Below are positions 7,332 through 18,788 of a stretch of 54,710 nt of DNA, one piece after another; within the stretch, counting starts at the first letter, position 1, and the number at the start of each line of letters is the position of its first letter. A program made the position numbers and the translations under genes. The notes under the pieces are model-generated. The model was not told the DNA's origin, did not search any database, and saw only the letters and a list, made by a program, of their open reading frames with translations. Origin of the DNA: a virus. Lineage: Duplodnaviria; Caudoviricetes. The stretch covers positions 1-54,710 of the IMG/VR virus record IMGVR_UViG_3300028908_000012; one strand, given 5' to 3'.

Positions 7332-9647
7332 ATGGAAGGAACACAACAGAAAGTATTTATCCCGTTTACAGGTGCGGTGAATAATGTCTTATCTCCTTTA
7401 TATTTAGGAGGCACTAATGCCTCCCCTCACGCTGTTAATGTAGATAACAACAGAGGAGCATTGAGAGGGACTAGAGATCATAAATTAATAGGTACTACTA
7501 AACTCGCTTATCGATACGAGTATCAATTAAGAGGGAATAAGTGTGTAGTAGCAGATAGTACACCACTCGATATAGCGGTATATAATCACAAGATTTACCA
7601 TACTCGCTATACAGGCGGAGAGTTACGAGTCAGCACTTGTAATTGTGCAGAATATGGAAGTAACAGTGTTATAATGCTTAATAATACAGATTTTACAGTA
7701 GCCGCCACAGGTTTATCCACAGGTAGGTTACTACACACCTATTCCCTTGCTATGATGAGAGCGGGATTAGGTAGTATAAAAGATATATTTCCACCTGATT
7801 ATGAGATTGAGTATCAAAATACTCCAACAAAAGCCGCCTCGTTTATAAACACGCTTATAAGCAACATACAGGCAATAGAAGACTCAACCGATACAGAAGA
7901 GCAAAAAACTCTGTTTTCGTCCGTCAAGACCCGCACAGAGTTTATATTAGAGGTATATAAAGGATTTAAAGACTCTGCATCAGGGGTATTGGATAAATCC
8001 GCAACATCCACTAAGTGGGAGACTACTTATAAAGAGAGTGAGACAGCTTGTTTTGACTTTTTAACCGGTAGTACATTCCCTTATGATAATACTAAGGTGG
8101 TTACAAACAGTTATGAGGGATTGTTTAATCATATCAAGGCTAACAATTCAAGAGAGTTATTATCCACCAAATGGGATAGTTCCACGACGCTATACCACCA
8201 TATCGATGTTGAGAATGAGAGGATAAAGTCAGACCCTGTTTACTCCAACAGCCAAAGGGCGTATGAGTGGAGACAGCTATATAATGATATTTACGAGCGT
8301 ATAAGAAATACAGCTGCAAAAGAAAGCGGAGAGGTTACAGCGGCATCAGATTATCTTTATACAAAACTACAAGAGGCTTTAACAGAAGCGGAGCAGGATG
8401 TACTGAAAGGACAGTTCCAACACACTTTCACAGTTACATTATATAACAGCTGTACCGCAATAGAGTCAGCACCTACTAAAGATAAGACCTATTATGGAGC
8501 TTTGAGTAAGGATATAACTATAAACCTTACCACAGATACCGAAGCTGATAAGTATAGGTTATACTATAACCCACCTTTAACAGCTAATTGGTATTTGTTG
8601 TATGAAGGAGATACAAAAAATACTGATGGCACTCCTGTAACACAAGAGACCATAACAATAGAAACCGACCCAATGAAGATGATAGGATTATCCCAATTAT
8701 CCACCAGAGACAGTTTTAACACGAGCATTTATGATGTCTCAGGGGTTGAGATAGTAAAGGGTAGGCTATTCTTTTTCAGGCGTAATGATACTAGACTGTA
8801 TTACAGTAAACAAGGGCAACCGTCCGCTTTGAAGCCGCTTCAATATATAGAATTTGAGAGAAGCATACAGCATATTCAACATATTCAAAACGCTTTGTTA
8901 GTTTTTGATGGTTATAATAACTATACAGTCAGTCAGGATTTAGTAGTTAAAAGAGTAGATAACGACAGTTATTTAAGGTCTCCCACAACAGTAGTTACAA
9001 GGTATGCCAATGTACTATGGCTACATTATCAAGGATTAAAAATCCAAATGGGTTTTGGTTCTCAATCTTTGACAGCTAAAAGTTGGGATAGATGCACTAT
9101 TCCAACAGACACCGACCCCACAGCATGGAGTAGTGTATTATGGAAAGATAGTTATTGGTTACTTCATGTACCTACGCACAGGTTATATGAGTTTAACATA
9201 AGAACAAGGACATTACATTACCACAATGCAATCTCGTTTGTACATTTGTACACTTACGAGGATAAGATGTATGCCACTACGCAAAACGGTGAGGTGTACG
9301 AGCTGTTTACATGTGATAAAAGGCAGGGGTTTATCTATCACACTCCGACATTCGGAGGTTATAGAGCAGGATTATGGCAAGAGTTTTTAACATATAATGT
9401 CTCTATTACAGATACAAATAAAGGGTTTATTGAAATTAAAACATTTATCGATGAGAAGCTTGTTTTAACTCAAAAACACCCTACACATGACTATAAGAAC
9501 AAACATTCTGATAAAGTAATAGTAGAGAGACAGCCTATACCCGCACAACTTAACAAAGGATCACAGGTGCGGTTTGAGTTGAGAGGAAAAGATATAGAAT
9601 TGAATAGCTTAGAGCTGTTCTATACCTCTCATCAATATGAATACTAG
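7332..9647 (+). CDS. Tail nozzle/DNA stabilisation protein (P22 gp10 / T7 gp12-like)
   Basis: 771 aa; beta-propeller-like GRLFFF..RLYYSKQGQP region, ESAP motif; precedes the ejection genes. Confidence 0.6.
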   Translation: MEGTQQKVFIPFTGAVNNVLSPLYLGGTNASPHAVNVDNNRGALRGTRDHKLIGTTKLAYRYEYQLRGNKCVVADSTPLDIAVYNHKIYHTRYTGGELRVSTCNCAEYGSNSVIMLNNTDFTVAATGLSTGRLLHTYSLAMMRAGLGSIKDIFPPDYEIEYQNTPTKAASFINTLISNIQAIEDSTDTEEQKTLFSSVKTRTEFILEVYKGFKDSASGVLDKSATSTKWETTYKESETACFDFLTGSTFPYDNTKVVTNSYEGLFNHIKANNSRELLSTKWDSSTTLYHHIDVENERIKSDPVYSNSQRAYEWRQLYNDIYERIRNTAAKESGEVTAASDYLYTKLQEALTEAEQDVLKGQFQHTFTVTLYNSCTAIESAPTKDKTYYGALSKDITINLTTDTEADKYRLYYNPPLTANWYLLYEGDTKNTDGTPVTQETITIETDPMKMIGLSQLSTRDSFNTSIYDVSGVEIVKGRLFFFRRNDTRLYYSKQGQPSALKPLQYIEFERSIQHIQHIQNALLVFDGYNNYTVSQDLVVKRVDNDSYLRSPTTVVTRYANVLWLHYQGLKIQMGFGSQSLTAKSWDRCTIPTDTDPTAWSSVLWKDSYWLLHVPTHRLYEFNIRTRTLHYHNAISFVHLYTYEDKMYATTQNGEVYELFTCDKRQGFIYHTPTFGGYRAGLWQEFLTYNVSITDTNKGFIEIKTFIDEKLVLTQKHPTHDYKNKHSDKVIVERQPIPAQLNKGSQVRFELRGKDIELNSLELFYTSHQYEY

Positions 9648-9656
9648 GAGGTAATA

Positions 9657-10370
9657 ATGGCATTATTTGGAGCTATATTAGGCGGACTCCTTTCTTATGG
9701 AGCGGCCAAAAAACAAAACAAGAATATGGAGAACGCTACCAAAGTACAAGAAGAGGCACTCCAACTCAATAAAGAGGAGTATCAAAGACAGCTTGAAAAA
9801 GAAAAGGAGTGGTACGATACCTTTGGATTTATTGATGATAATATCGCTGATTTTGCTAAGCAGTTTGACAGCACTCTATCAGCACAATATAAAAATACGC
9901 AGTTAGAGCAGTCAATCCAAAAAGCTAAAGACAATACATTAAAAATGTTAGCTCAGAGAGGTTATGACACCGGTAACGGTATAGAAGCCTCGCTAATGAC
10001 TCAAATAGAGACACAAAAACAGCTTAGAGCCGCTGAAATACAGGCAACAGCTCCGCTAGAACAAGCCCAAACGCTTATGGATATGGGTCAGTATGCGTAT
10101 TCGCATAAACCTAATCCAATGAACGCATTAGGTAATATGACATCACAAGCTAATCAATATGCAACAGGGTTACGGTCTTTAGGATCATATTATGGGCAAA
10201 GAGCAGCGAGTTCAGCTCAATTTGGTGGAATGTTAGGTGGAGCAATAGGTAACGCAATGTTATCAGCAAATCCGTCATGGGCGGACTCCTCTTTTGGTAG
10301 AATGATGTTTGGTACAACACCGGTATCACAACAATATTACAGCGGACAACAAACTCCGCAGTTATTTTAG
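9657..10370 (+). CDS. Internal virion/ejection (pilot) protein
   Basis: MALFGAILGGLLSYGAAKKQ N-terminus, LAQRG motif, Gly/Ala/Gln-rich, typical of podovirus DNA transfer proteins. Confidence 0.65.
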   Translation: MALFGAILGGLLSYGAAKKQNKNMENATKVQEEALQLNKEEYQRQLEKEKEWYDTFGFIDDNIADFAKQFDSTLSAQYKNTQLEQSIQKAKDNTLKMLAQRGYDTGNGIEASLMTQIETQKQLRAAEIQATAPLEQAQTLMDMGQYAYSHKPNPMNALGNMTSQANQYATGLRSLGSYYGQRAASSAQFGGMLGGAIGNAMLSANPSWADSSFGRMMFGTTPVSQQYYSGQQTPQLF

Positions 10371-10380
10371 GGGGTTATAG

Positions 10381-13281
10381 ATGGCATTTGGAGATTTTGC
10401 ATTTGGAGCAGGGATAGGCAGCCAAGCTGAAAACCTATACCAGAGGCAGTTAATAGAAAGAGAAAACGCCGAAATGGCTATGATACAAAAAAGACAGCAG
10501 TTCCAAGATCAACAATCCGCCAGAGCAGGGCAACAATCCGCCAGAGCTAGAACAGGAGGCGGCGGAGGTCGATCAGGCGGCACAACCGCTGATAACAGTC
10601 AACAAGCAGAAGCGGAAGCAGCATTAAGAGGACTTACCAAAAACACGGTTAACAATGCACTTGCAAAGTTCTATGAAACCGGAGACGGCAAGGACTTTAT
10701 GGCTGCCTTAAAAGCTGATCCGGCAGGTAAAGCGACAAAGTTGTTAGGAGATGTAAAAGACATTAACACCCTCTCAGCGTGGGATGTAGCGGAGCATAGA
10801 GATAAGTTCGATAAAGAACATCCGGAACTCAAAAAACTTTCGGATGAAGAGGTAGCCAAGACACTAGGTAAAAGGTACGCTACATTTACTTATATAGACC
10901 CAAAAACAGGAGAGTTAGAGAGAAGTATAGAGGATTTAGTAGCCCTTGCCCCTATGACGGGTTATCACAAAACGGCAGATAAAAATAAAATAGACCTCTA
11001 TATAAAAGCATCAAATACTTATGATAAACATGGAAATATCAAGGGGTCAGCAGACACGAGACTGAAAAACGCCTTATTGTATGCCATAGCTCACGATGCT
11101 CCAAAAGAGGATATAAAACAGCTCCAAAATGCTTTAAATACTTTAAAAGGTAAAACAAATGTAGCAGGGTCTAAACTTTCTTTATCTATGGGAGCAGAAA
11201 AGGCATTTACAGCCCCTATTATCAAGAAATTAGAAGACGCACTAAATAGCGGTGCGTCAGAAGCTACTATAAAGAAGATACAGAATGAACTGTATGAAGC
11301 TAAAGAGCGATTTAAACAGCTAGATAGTAAATACAGAAAAGGGAGCCGATCAAGTCGATCAAGTAGCGGAGGCGGAGGATCAACCTCTAATTATACCGCA
11401 ACAGTCCATGCTGCTTTGAAATCTAAAATAGGTAAAGAGTTATATAACCTAGACTCCAAAGACAGTAAAATAAGCACACATCCAAAAACCTCTTTTATTA
11501 CCCCATCAGGGGTTAAGATAGGACTAACGACCGTAGAAGCAAAAGGAGTTAATTACGCTGTTGGAAGCCCGACAGAGGCTAGAGACTCTTTAATGATAGC
11601 AAAAGAGGTTTTAGGAGCTGATAGTAAAGAGTATAAGGCACTAAAAGACCAAATAGATGAGATGTATCCGGCAGGGTCATTTAAGAAAGGCGGGGCAATA
11701 TACAACTCGCTAAGAGCAAGGAGATTTGATCCGAATAAACTAGCAGCGGTGTTATACCCAAACTCTACAAAATCCCAAAAAGCCACCTATGCAGGTAAGA
11801 TAGCACTTGCAAAGGATGCTGCTATAAAGGACGCAAAAGCTCAGGGCGTAGGTCTTAACGCTGTTATAATAGAGAAGTGGTTAAACAAAGCCCTAGCGGA
11901 CTCATCAGCAGTTAAAAAGTACCTTGCAAAAGAAACTCCGGCAAGTAAAGCAGACGGAACAAAAGAGATAAAATACGAAGGTAAAAGCCCAACTGCTATT
12001 TATGTAGGTAAACAAAAACTTACCGTACCGAGTATAAAGGTAAATGGAAAGATGTTCCCTCAGACCATAGCAGGTACAAAACAGGCGATAGAAGAAGCGA
12101 AAAAGGCAGGTAAAAACACAAAAGCACTAGATGACCTTATGACTAGACTCCAAAATAATGGAATAGGATCGTTTATCGCTGACGGGTATATAAAAGGCTT
12201 ATCCAAAGCGGATATAGCTGACACGCTAAAAGATAAACTTGCTATCGAAGGTAAAAGCAGTAGAGACAAGGTTGTTTCAGCTCTAGCAGCCTTAGAAAGC
12301 GATATGGCAGGTATGACGACACTAGACCCCGCAACTATTCAACAGTTGTTTAATCAGCATTACGCTGAGAGTACAAGGGATAGAAGTAAGTCCATAGGTC
12401 AAGGTAGTTATGTAGAGAAAGAAAAGAGGATAATGGCTACTACCAAAAAGGTATTTGGTACAGATAATCCGTTAGAAGTACCTTATACCAAGTTTATATC
12501 TAAACAAGCAGGTAAAGACCTTATGCTACAATTCAAAGGAGAAGAAAAAATCCAGAACGAGAAGAAGGATATAGGACTCGTAAGTGAGTATAAAGATAAC
12601 AAATCCAATCCGATCGTAGCAGAACTATTAGCTAAATCTATGAATATACTAGAGAGAATAGGTAAACTTAAAAAAGGAGCTAATTTTGTTCAAGAAGTAG
12701 GAGCATTAATCCAAAACTATCTACCTAATATCCCAGCTATGGGTATTACAGAGAGTGGATCATTAGCTATTATAGCTAACGAACCGAGTTTTGATAAGAT
12801 AGCTACCCGATTAAGTTCATCCGATCCACATCTAGCGGATTTATGGAATAAAATGGACTCAACCGCCAAAAAAGGATTAAGACTTATCCTTAAACAAATC
12901 TCAGGACAGGCAGTCTCCGACAAAGAGTATCAAGGTTGGAGAGAAGAGTCATTAGGTAGTTTCGGGCAAAATTTTGATAAAAGAGCGGTTGTGTTAGGAG
13001 AGTTCTTTAACTATTTGGAGACCAAAACAAGAGCAGCCGTCCAAGCCCTTTACGATAAAGGATATAAATATACCGCTATGAAGATGAAAGGCGGAATAGA
13101 GACAGCTAAAATGTATCTACCTAAAGGGGCAGAGTCCACTTATAAAGGTGGTTATAGCTTTAACGGCGATACGAAAAAGATATATGGCTTATTAAGAGCA
13201 GGGAAAATAAGGGTAAAAGACTTAACCAAAGCAGATAAAAAAGCTTTAAAAGCCTATTTACTCAAAAAAGGGGTTAAATAA
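10381..13281 (+). CDS. Large internal virion/ejection protein
   Basis: 966 aa, helical, Lys/Ala-rich with Gly-Ser linkers; MAFGDFAFGAG N-terminus; position after the pilot protein. Confidence 0.55.
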   Translation: MAFGDFAFGAGIGSQAENLYQRQLIERENAEMAMIQKRQQFQDQQSARAGQQSARARTGGGGGRSGGTTADNSQQAEAEAALRGLTKNTVNNALAKFYETGDGKDFMAALKADPAGKATKLLGDVKDINTLSAWDVAEHRDKFDKEHPELKKLSDEEVAKTLGKRYATFTYIDPKTGELERSIEDLVALAPMTGYHKTADKNKIDLYIKASNTYDKHGNIKGSADTRLKNALLYAIAHDAPKEDIKQLQNALNTLKGKTNVAGSKLSLSMGAEKAFTAPIIKKLEDALNSGASEATIKKIQNELYEAKERFKQLDSKYRKGSRSSRSSSGGGGSTSNYTATVHAALKSKIGKELYNLDSKDSKISTHPKTSFITPSGVKIGLTTVEAKGVNYAVGSPTEARDSLMIAKEVLGADSKEYKALKDQIDEMYPAGSFKKGGAIYNSLRARRFDPNKLAAVLYPNSTKSQKATYAGKIALAKDAAIKDAKAQGVGLNAVIIEKWLNKALADSSAVKKYLAKETPASKADGTKEIKYEGKSPTAIYVGKQKLTVPSIKVNGKMFPQTIAGTKQAIEEAKKAGKNTKALDDLMTRLQNNGIGSFIADGYIKGLSKADIADTLKDKLAIEGKSSRDKVVSALAALESDMAGMTTLDPATIQQLFNQHYAESTRDRSKSIGQGSYVEKEKRIMATTKKVFGTDNPLEVPYTKFISKQAGKDLMLQFKGEEKIQNEKKDIGLVSEYKDNKSNPIVAELLAKSMNILERIGKLKKGANFVQEVGALIQNYLPNIPAMGITESGSLAIIANEPSFDKIATRLSSSDPHLADLWNKMDSTAKKGLRLILKQISGQAVSDKEYQGWREESLGSFGQNFDKRAVVLGEFFNYLETKTRAAVQALYDKGYKYTAMKMKGGIETAKMYLPKGAESTYKGGYSFNGDTKKIYGLLRAGKIRVKDLTKADKKALKAYLLKKGVK

Positions 13282-15200
13282 TGCTTAATACATTATCACA
13301 CGGTACACCTCCAAGAGTCTATTTATCAGACCCATCCGCACAAAAAGGAGCGGTAGGATATAAAGGACACCATAAAATAGAGTTTAAAGCTGACCTCCGT
13401 GAGCTGATAAGGATAGCTAATCTATCTAAAGATACTCTCAAAACAGCCAGAGACGAGGCGGCTGAGTTGTGGGAGTTTTACGACGGTAAGCACTTCACGG
13501 ATGCTCAATGTAAACTACTGTTTAGCAGAGGATCACCGGCAGAATATAAAAACATCATAATGGAGATAGCCAATGCAATACAAGGCTATTTCCTCAAAGT
13601 ACAAAACACCGCAATTTTAAAACCAAGAGGACAGGCAGACTCTCATAGAGTAATGGCACATCAATCGCACATCGAGTATGTTAAGTCAATATCAGATTTT
13701 GACGATATACAAGGGCAGATTATATTAGAGAGCCTGTTATCGGGGTTATGTGCGACTGAATATGTCGTAGCTCCAACAGGTAAAAAAGATGAGTTTGGTA
13801 CACCAATAAACGAGATAAAGGTTGTTTATGTACCATCCAAGCAAGTTATGATCGACCCATACTCGGTATTACCTGATTACTCTGATGCCCTGTTTATCCA
13901 TAGGTGGAGATGGGTAGGGCAACGATGGATAAGAGGAATGTTTGGGAGCGATAAACTCCAACAGCTTGAAGCACGACATATAGCCGTAGAAGGCTTTGAC
14001 AGTGAGTTCGATGATGTCATAGGACTTAAAAATGATAGTTGGTATGACAACGATAGATTTTTCATTATGGAGACTCAGTATAGGAGAGAGGATAATACAA
14101 TAGAGAGGATATTTTGGCATGATAATATTATCCTTTCGAGAGAAGTCCTCCCAACCAACACTTTTACTTACAGAGTAGTTAAGTACAAGGTAGATAGTAA
14201 GACAGAAGAGTATTACGGAGAGTTTAGGAACATAAAAGAGAACCAAAAGGCGTTAAACCAAGCTATTATATCTTTTCAAGGACTCATGAACGGTTTTAGG
14301 GTTATAGCCCAAGAAGGTACATTTGCCACCGATAAAGAGAAGATGAGGTTTCAAAATGCTATGTTTACCGCTAACCAAGTGGCGTTTGTTCAAAATTTAA
14401 ACGGGGTTATGATACATAATCTCCAACCACAAGCACAATTACAGGCACAGAAGATTTTAGATACCGAAGCATCTATGTTTAAAGTCTTAGGGTTAAACCC
14501 CGCTTTCTTAGGGTTTAGTGATGCAAGTTCAAGCGGTAGAAAGGTATCTTTACAGCAAAATGCTGCCATTAACAGCTTGACAAGGCTATTTAACCACCTT
14601 GAAAAGTGGCATAAATATATTATGTTGGATATTATTCATTTTACGACCATTTACAAGAACGCCTATGAGGTTGTAACCCTTACCGATGAGTATAATGCAC
14701 AATACCAAATAGAGTTTAACGCTCCGCTTATCGAGAAAGTAGAGTTAGGTTCAGAGGTTTGGTATATACCCAAAACTTACACGGATAAGAACGGTAACAT
14801 CAGACGAAAGAATGACCCTCGAACAGACCTGTCTGAAATAGAAGTTGACATTGAGGTACATACCTCAGATATGAACGGATCAGACTCTATTGATGCGGTT
14901 ATGCTTGACAATCTGATAAATGGAGTAGCAGGGCAATCCTTGATGAACGCTCAACCGGCAGCGTATTTTTACATTATAGGACTTAAAATTAAAAATCTAA
15001 AGACTAAAAACAGTGAGCAGGTAGCTCAAATTTACTTCAACATAGCTCAACAGCTTGGTTTTGTAGCTCCGACCGTTGATCCAAGACAAGTTATGCAGAA
15101 CCAAACAGGAGTAGCGGGAAATATACAAGGTCAAGCAGGTGATCTTGTGTCAAGTCTCGGAGCAGACTCAGACTTATCACAAGGAGGTTTAAATGGATAA
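13281..15200 (+). CDS. Portal protein (P22-like)
   Basis: EFYDGKHFT..RGSP..NII..G, DPYS..DYSDALFIHRWRWV and SGRKVSLQQNA motifs; 639 aa. Confidence 0.85.
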   Translation: MLNTLSHGTPPRVYLSDPSAQKGAVGYKGHHKIEFKADLRELIRIANLSKDTLKTARDEAAELWEFYDGKHFTDAQCKLLFSRGSPAEYKNIIMEIANAIQGYFLKVQNTAILKPRGQADSHRVMAHQSHIEYVKSISDFDDIQGQIILESLLSGLCATEYVVAPTGKKDEFGTPINEIKVVYVPSKQVMIDPYSVLPDYSDALFIHRWRWVGQRWIRGMFGSDKLQQLEARHIAVEGFDSEFDDVIGLKNDSWYDNDRFFIMETQYRREDNTIERIFWHDNIILSREVLPTNTFTYRVVKYKVDSKTEEYYGEFRNIKENQKALNQAIISFQGLMNGFRVIAQEGTFATDKEKMRFQNAMFTANQVAFVQNLNGVMIHNLQPQAQLQAQKILDTEASMFKVLGLNPAFLGFSDASSSGRKVSLQQNAAINSLTRLFNHLEKWHKYIMLDIIHFTTIYKNAYEVVTLTDEYNAQYQIEFNAPLIEKVELGSEVWYIPKTYTDKNGNIRRKNDPRTDLSEIEVDIEVHTSDMNGSDSIDAVMLDNLINGVAGQSLMNAQPAAYFYIIGLKIKNLKTKNSEQVAQIYFNIAQQLGFVAPTVDPRQVMQNQTGVAGNIQGQAGDLVSSLGADSDLSQGGLNG

Positions 15201-18200
15201 TGTACTTGATTTAGATCAAGAGGAGATAAACGCAACAGTTCTCCCACCAGCGACAGGCGACCTTGATTTAGATCAAGAACCTGTTAAGCCTGACAGTGAG
15301 TTCGATAACAAGCTGTTAGCTGACCTCAATACTCCCAACGAACCAGCTGACGACGGTACACTTGATGCTAAGTTGTTAGAGGAGCTTGATAATGAAGATG
15401 TAAAGCAGACACAGGCAGAGGAGATAACAAAAACGGCTGAAACTACCCATCCAACTACCCTTAATTTCTTACAGGTAGTAAGAGACACAGCCAAAACCAT
15501 AGCAGATTATACTGATGTACCTATTGCTTCTGATATTATAAAAGGAGCGGCCAACAAAGCATCTGACCTTATAACAGGAGCTGCCCAAACCATCCTCGAC
15601 ATAGTAGGTAATGACTTCACACCTGACGGTTTAAACAAAGCCATTGACAAATATAACAAGGATGTAAACAAAGAATATCCTATTGAAGGTGTCGGCGGAT
15701 TGATAGGAGCGTTTGGAGTAGAGGCATTACCGTTTGCCACAGGAGCTAAGGTACTAGATACTATCGCAGGAGCTAAAGCGGTACAAAAGATAATTCCAGC
15801 AGTGGAGAGCAAAGCTGTAAACCTAGCCTTTAAAACCACAGGAGAAGTCATAAAAGGAGCTGTATCAGGGGCAGGAGGTATGTACCTCATATCAAGAGAA
15901 CAAGGGCAGGATAAGGCAATGGACGCTGCTAAATCAGGAGCCTTAATAGGAGCAACCCTTCCTATCGTAGCCCCTTATGTAGCCATAGGAGCTAAAAAAG
16001 CCCTTCAAATGACATACAGTAGCTTACAAAACCACCAATATAAGGCAATAAAGCGGTTATTATTAGAGGGAGAGTACCCACAATATAAAGGCTCAGGAAC
16101 AGACTTGTTTAATACACCTGAGTATAAAGCCATTGAAAAGGTATATATTGACCTTCATAACGCACCTCCTCAATCCGTTGAGGAGAAGATAAAAATGTTC
16201 GCCGATGCCACCAAGCACGGCAGAGCGATAAGAGAGAATGTCCTTAAAAACCAACACTATATCGTAGCTACCTATGAGCAGCAGGGTGATGATATAATAA
16301 GGACTTTGGACGAAGCATTTTCAACCAATCAAAAAGGAGTCAAGATAACAGGAGATGTTAAGAAAGACCCTTTATTAGATAATAACCTTGCCCGTGTGGT
16401 AAAGTTTTTTACATCAGGCATTAAAACAAAAGACCTTAAAGGTACAGAAGGCGGAATAATGGCTAATGCCAGAGCAGCTTACTCCGCCGGAGCAAAGTAC
16501 ATTAGAGAGAAATATCAGAACATTACTTATCAATTAACGGAGGACTCTCCGTTTCGTAAGCTAAATGACCTCATATCAAACGCAGAGACACAATCTCTCA
16601 TTCAGCAGGACACTTTAGCATTTGGTATCCATTCTAAAATATCAGGCGTTTTAGAGCGGGTAGTAAACGACGGCACTATGACTATCGATGACCTTCTAAC
16701 TATCAGGAGAGAGGTAAACAGTCTCTACAAAGACGGTACACAAGGACAAATAGTAGGGAGTGTACGAAAAGAGATAGATAAGGTCATGAAGCAGTCCATG
16801 AGCAAGGAGGATTACGAAGCTTTTAAAGAGTTGAATGAGCATTTCAGCAGGTCTGCCACCGCCACCGAGACAGAGTTCATAAAGAAGTTGAATAGAGCAA
16901 AAGGAGATGAAGACTCTATCTATGGGATAGTCCACGAGGCATTAGAGACAGTCAATCAAGAGGAGATTGATTATATTATGAACTTAGTACCTCGTCAGGC
17001 ACAAGAGGCGTTTATAAATGCGTCCATTAGACACCTGTTCAATAAAAACATCGTAAATAAGAACGGTGTTAAAGTGGCTGTACCTGATATGACCCACATG
17101 ACAAAAGTCTTAAAAGATGCTAAGTTCATGACCTCTTCTGAAAGAGGTAAGATAATCCAAGATTATTTCAAAAAGCTTGATACCTTATTCGGAACAGGTA
17201 CGAGAGATACTATCCTAAGAGACGAGACCCAAAATGTAAGAGCAGGTAAATACGAGGCTATAAGGGAGATAACTACATGGATATATTCAACTCTCTTATG
17301 GAAATGGGGAGATAAAGCCGCTAATATTAAGAGTATAAGCGGTTTAACGAAAGTCCTAAGCAGATTAAGAGGGCAACAGCTGCCTACTTTAAAGACTCAA
17401 GATTTCAGCGATCTCAGGGCTTATTCTGATACATGGGAGACTACCGAGTACTTCAAAACGATGTTCAAAGACCCCGAAGCGGTTGAAGCTACTACCTTTA
17501 TAATAAGTGGGAGCAATGGTGTTAAAACACACTTGACAAAACAGTCGTTTAACTCCATAGCCAAGACGGTTGATGGTGAGAAGGTATATCAGTCCGTTAC
17601 TCAACAATTTCAACAGGCTGTAACTCAACCTATAACACCTCCAACCATCCAAACCCAAATAGTAGCAGACTATCAAGGCGGGTCTATGATAGCAAGACCC
17701 ACAGGAGGTACTAAGACTATTTTCAGCGAGTCATTGGGAGCATTACCAAAAGACAGTGCGAGGCTTGTATATAACGCAAAACAGACAGGACAACCACACA
17801 CTATAAAGATAAGTAATCTCGGTTTCCCTAAAGCCGTAGCACCTAATGACTATACTGTAACAGCAATAAGCGGATCGGGACATGATACAGGGTTTAAACA
17901 AGGTGGGCATATAACCATAGACCTCAACCATCCATCCTTACAAAATGCTAATATGGCTCAGACGGCTGATTATTTCTCCTCCCGTGCCAAAGGAGTAGTG
18001 GAGGACTTATATAATGCTAACGGAGATGTTTTACAGGCTACAAAATGGTTCGATAAGAGAAACAAAGTCTATAATGCACTTACGAACTACTCTGTACCTT
18101 ACGCCGATCAGGGTGTAGTGTATAAACTCCTTCAACTAGATGAAGTAAAACACGCTATGATGAACAGAACAGGTCTATCTCCCGCCGTAAGGCACACAAT

Positions 18201-18462
18201 AGACCTTATTATAAACAGAACAGCCCCTAAAATAGGTAATAAAAACGATTATATAAGGTATATTGAACGCATTGTAGCAAACCCGCAATATATAGAGGGA
18301 TTGTTATATAACAATAGTAGTTACCAAGTAGGTAACATAGCCTTACAAACAGCAGCCAAATCAGGTATTAACCACTCTCTAACCCCTATTGAGATGGCTA
18401 CACACCTTAACAGTAAGGGGCTTAACCCTAAGTTCCTTAACGAATGGTTGAGAGGCCGTTAA
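15193..18462 (+). CDS. Large internal virion/ejection protein
   Basis: 1089 aa; acidic N-terminus, Gly/Ala-rich membrane-insertion-like segment, helical body. Confidence 0.55.
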   Translation: MDNVLDLDQEEINATVLPPATGDLDLDQEPVKPDSEFDNKLLADLNTPNEPADDGTLDAKLLEELDNEDVKQTQAEEITKTAETTHPTTLNFLQVVRDTAKTIADYTDVPIASDIIKGAANKASDLITGAAQTILDIVGNDFTPDGLNKAIDKYNKDVNKEYPIEGVGGLIGAFGVEALPFATGAKVLDTIAGAKAVQKIIPAVESKAVNLAFKTTGEVIKGAVSGAGGMYLISREQGQDKAMDAAKSGALIGATLPIVAPYVAIGAKKALQMTYSSLQNHQYKAIKRLLLEGEYPQYKGSGTDLFNTPEYKAIEKVYIDLHNAPPQSVEEKIKMFADATKHGRAIRENVLKNQHYIVATYEQQGDDIIRTLDEAFSTNQKGVKITGDVKKDPLLDNNLARVVKFFTSGIKTKDLKGTEGGIMANARAAYSAGAKYIREKYQNITYQLTEDSPFRKLNDLISNAETQSLIQQDTLAFGIHSKISGVLERVVNDGTMTIDDLLTIRREVNSLYKDGTQGQIVGSVRKEIDKVMKQSMSKEDYEAFKELNEHFSRSATATETEFIKKLNRAKGDEDSIYGIVHEALETVNQEEIDYIMNLVPRQAQEAFINASIRHLFNKNIVNKNGVKVAVPDMTHMTKVLKDAKFMTSSERGKIIQDYFKKLDTLFGTGTRDTILRDETQNVRAGKYEAIREITTWIYSTLLWKWGDKAANIKSISGLTKVLSRLRGQQLPTLKTQDFSDLRAYSDTWETTEYFKTMFKDPEAVEATTFIISGSNGVKTHLTKQSFNSIAKTVDGEKVYQSVTQQFQQAVTQPITPPTIQTQIVADYQGGSMIARPTGGTKTIFSESLGALPKDSARLVYNAKQTGQPHTIKISNLGFPKAVAPNDYTVTAISGSGHDTGFKQGGHITIDLNHPSLQNANMAQTADYFSSRAKGVVEDLYNANGDVLQATKWFDKRNKVYNALTNYSVPYADQGVVYKLLQLDEVKHAMMNRTGLSPAVRHTIDLIINRTAPKIGNKNDYIRYIERIVANPQYIEGLLYNNSSYQVGNIALQTAAKSGINHSLTPIEMATHLNSKGLNPKFLNEWLRGR

Positions 18463-18788
18463 TGAGTGCGTGGCACAAAAGTAAGAAATGGCGTAAGACA
18501 AGGGAGGCTCATATCAAAAAAGAGCCTTTCTGTGTTCTTTGTGGCAGTGGTAGTGATTTGGAGGTACATCACCTAAATAGTGGTAAATACTTCCCTGAGC
18601 AAAGGTTCGATAGCGATAACCTCATCACGCTTTGCCGTGATTGTCATCGAGAAGCTTACCATGAAGCCTTTAAAGGAGGTTATCAGAAGAAAGCAACCAA
18701 AGAAGACTTTAATCGGTTTATGTTTCTGTTGAAATATGGGAGTTTGTATATACCTCAAAGAGAGGCGCTTAGTTTTGAAGCTCGATAA
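18462..18788 (+). CDS. HNH endonuclease
   Basis: CVLC..LEVHHL..NLITLCRDCH; TAATG coupling to the upstream gene. Confidence 0.9.
   Translation: MSAWHKSKKWRKTREAHIKKEPFCVLCGSGSDLEVHHLNSGKYFPEQRFDSDNLITLCRDCHREAYHEAFKGGYQKKATKEDFNRFMFLLKYGSLYIPQREALSFEAR

Noticed and set aside
10347-10370. C-terminal QQTPQLF as a clamp-binding motif
   Set aside because: Does not fit QL(S/D)LF spacing, and the protein looks like an ejection protein
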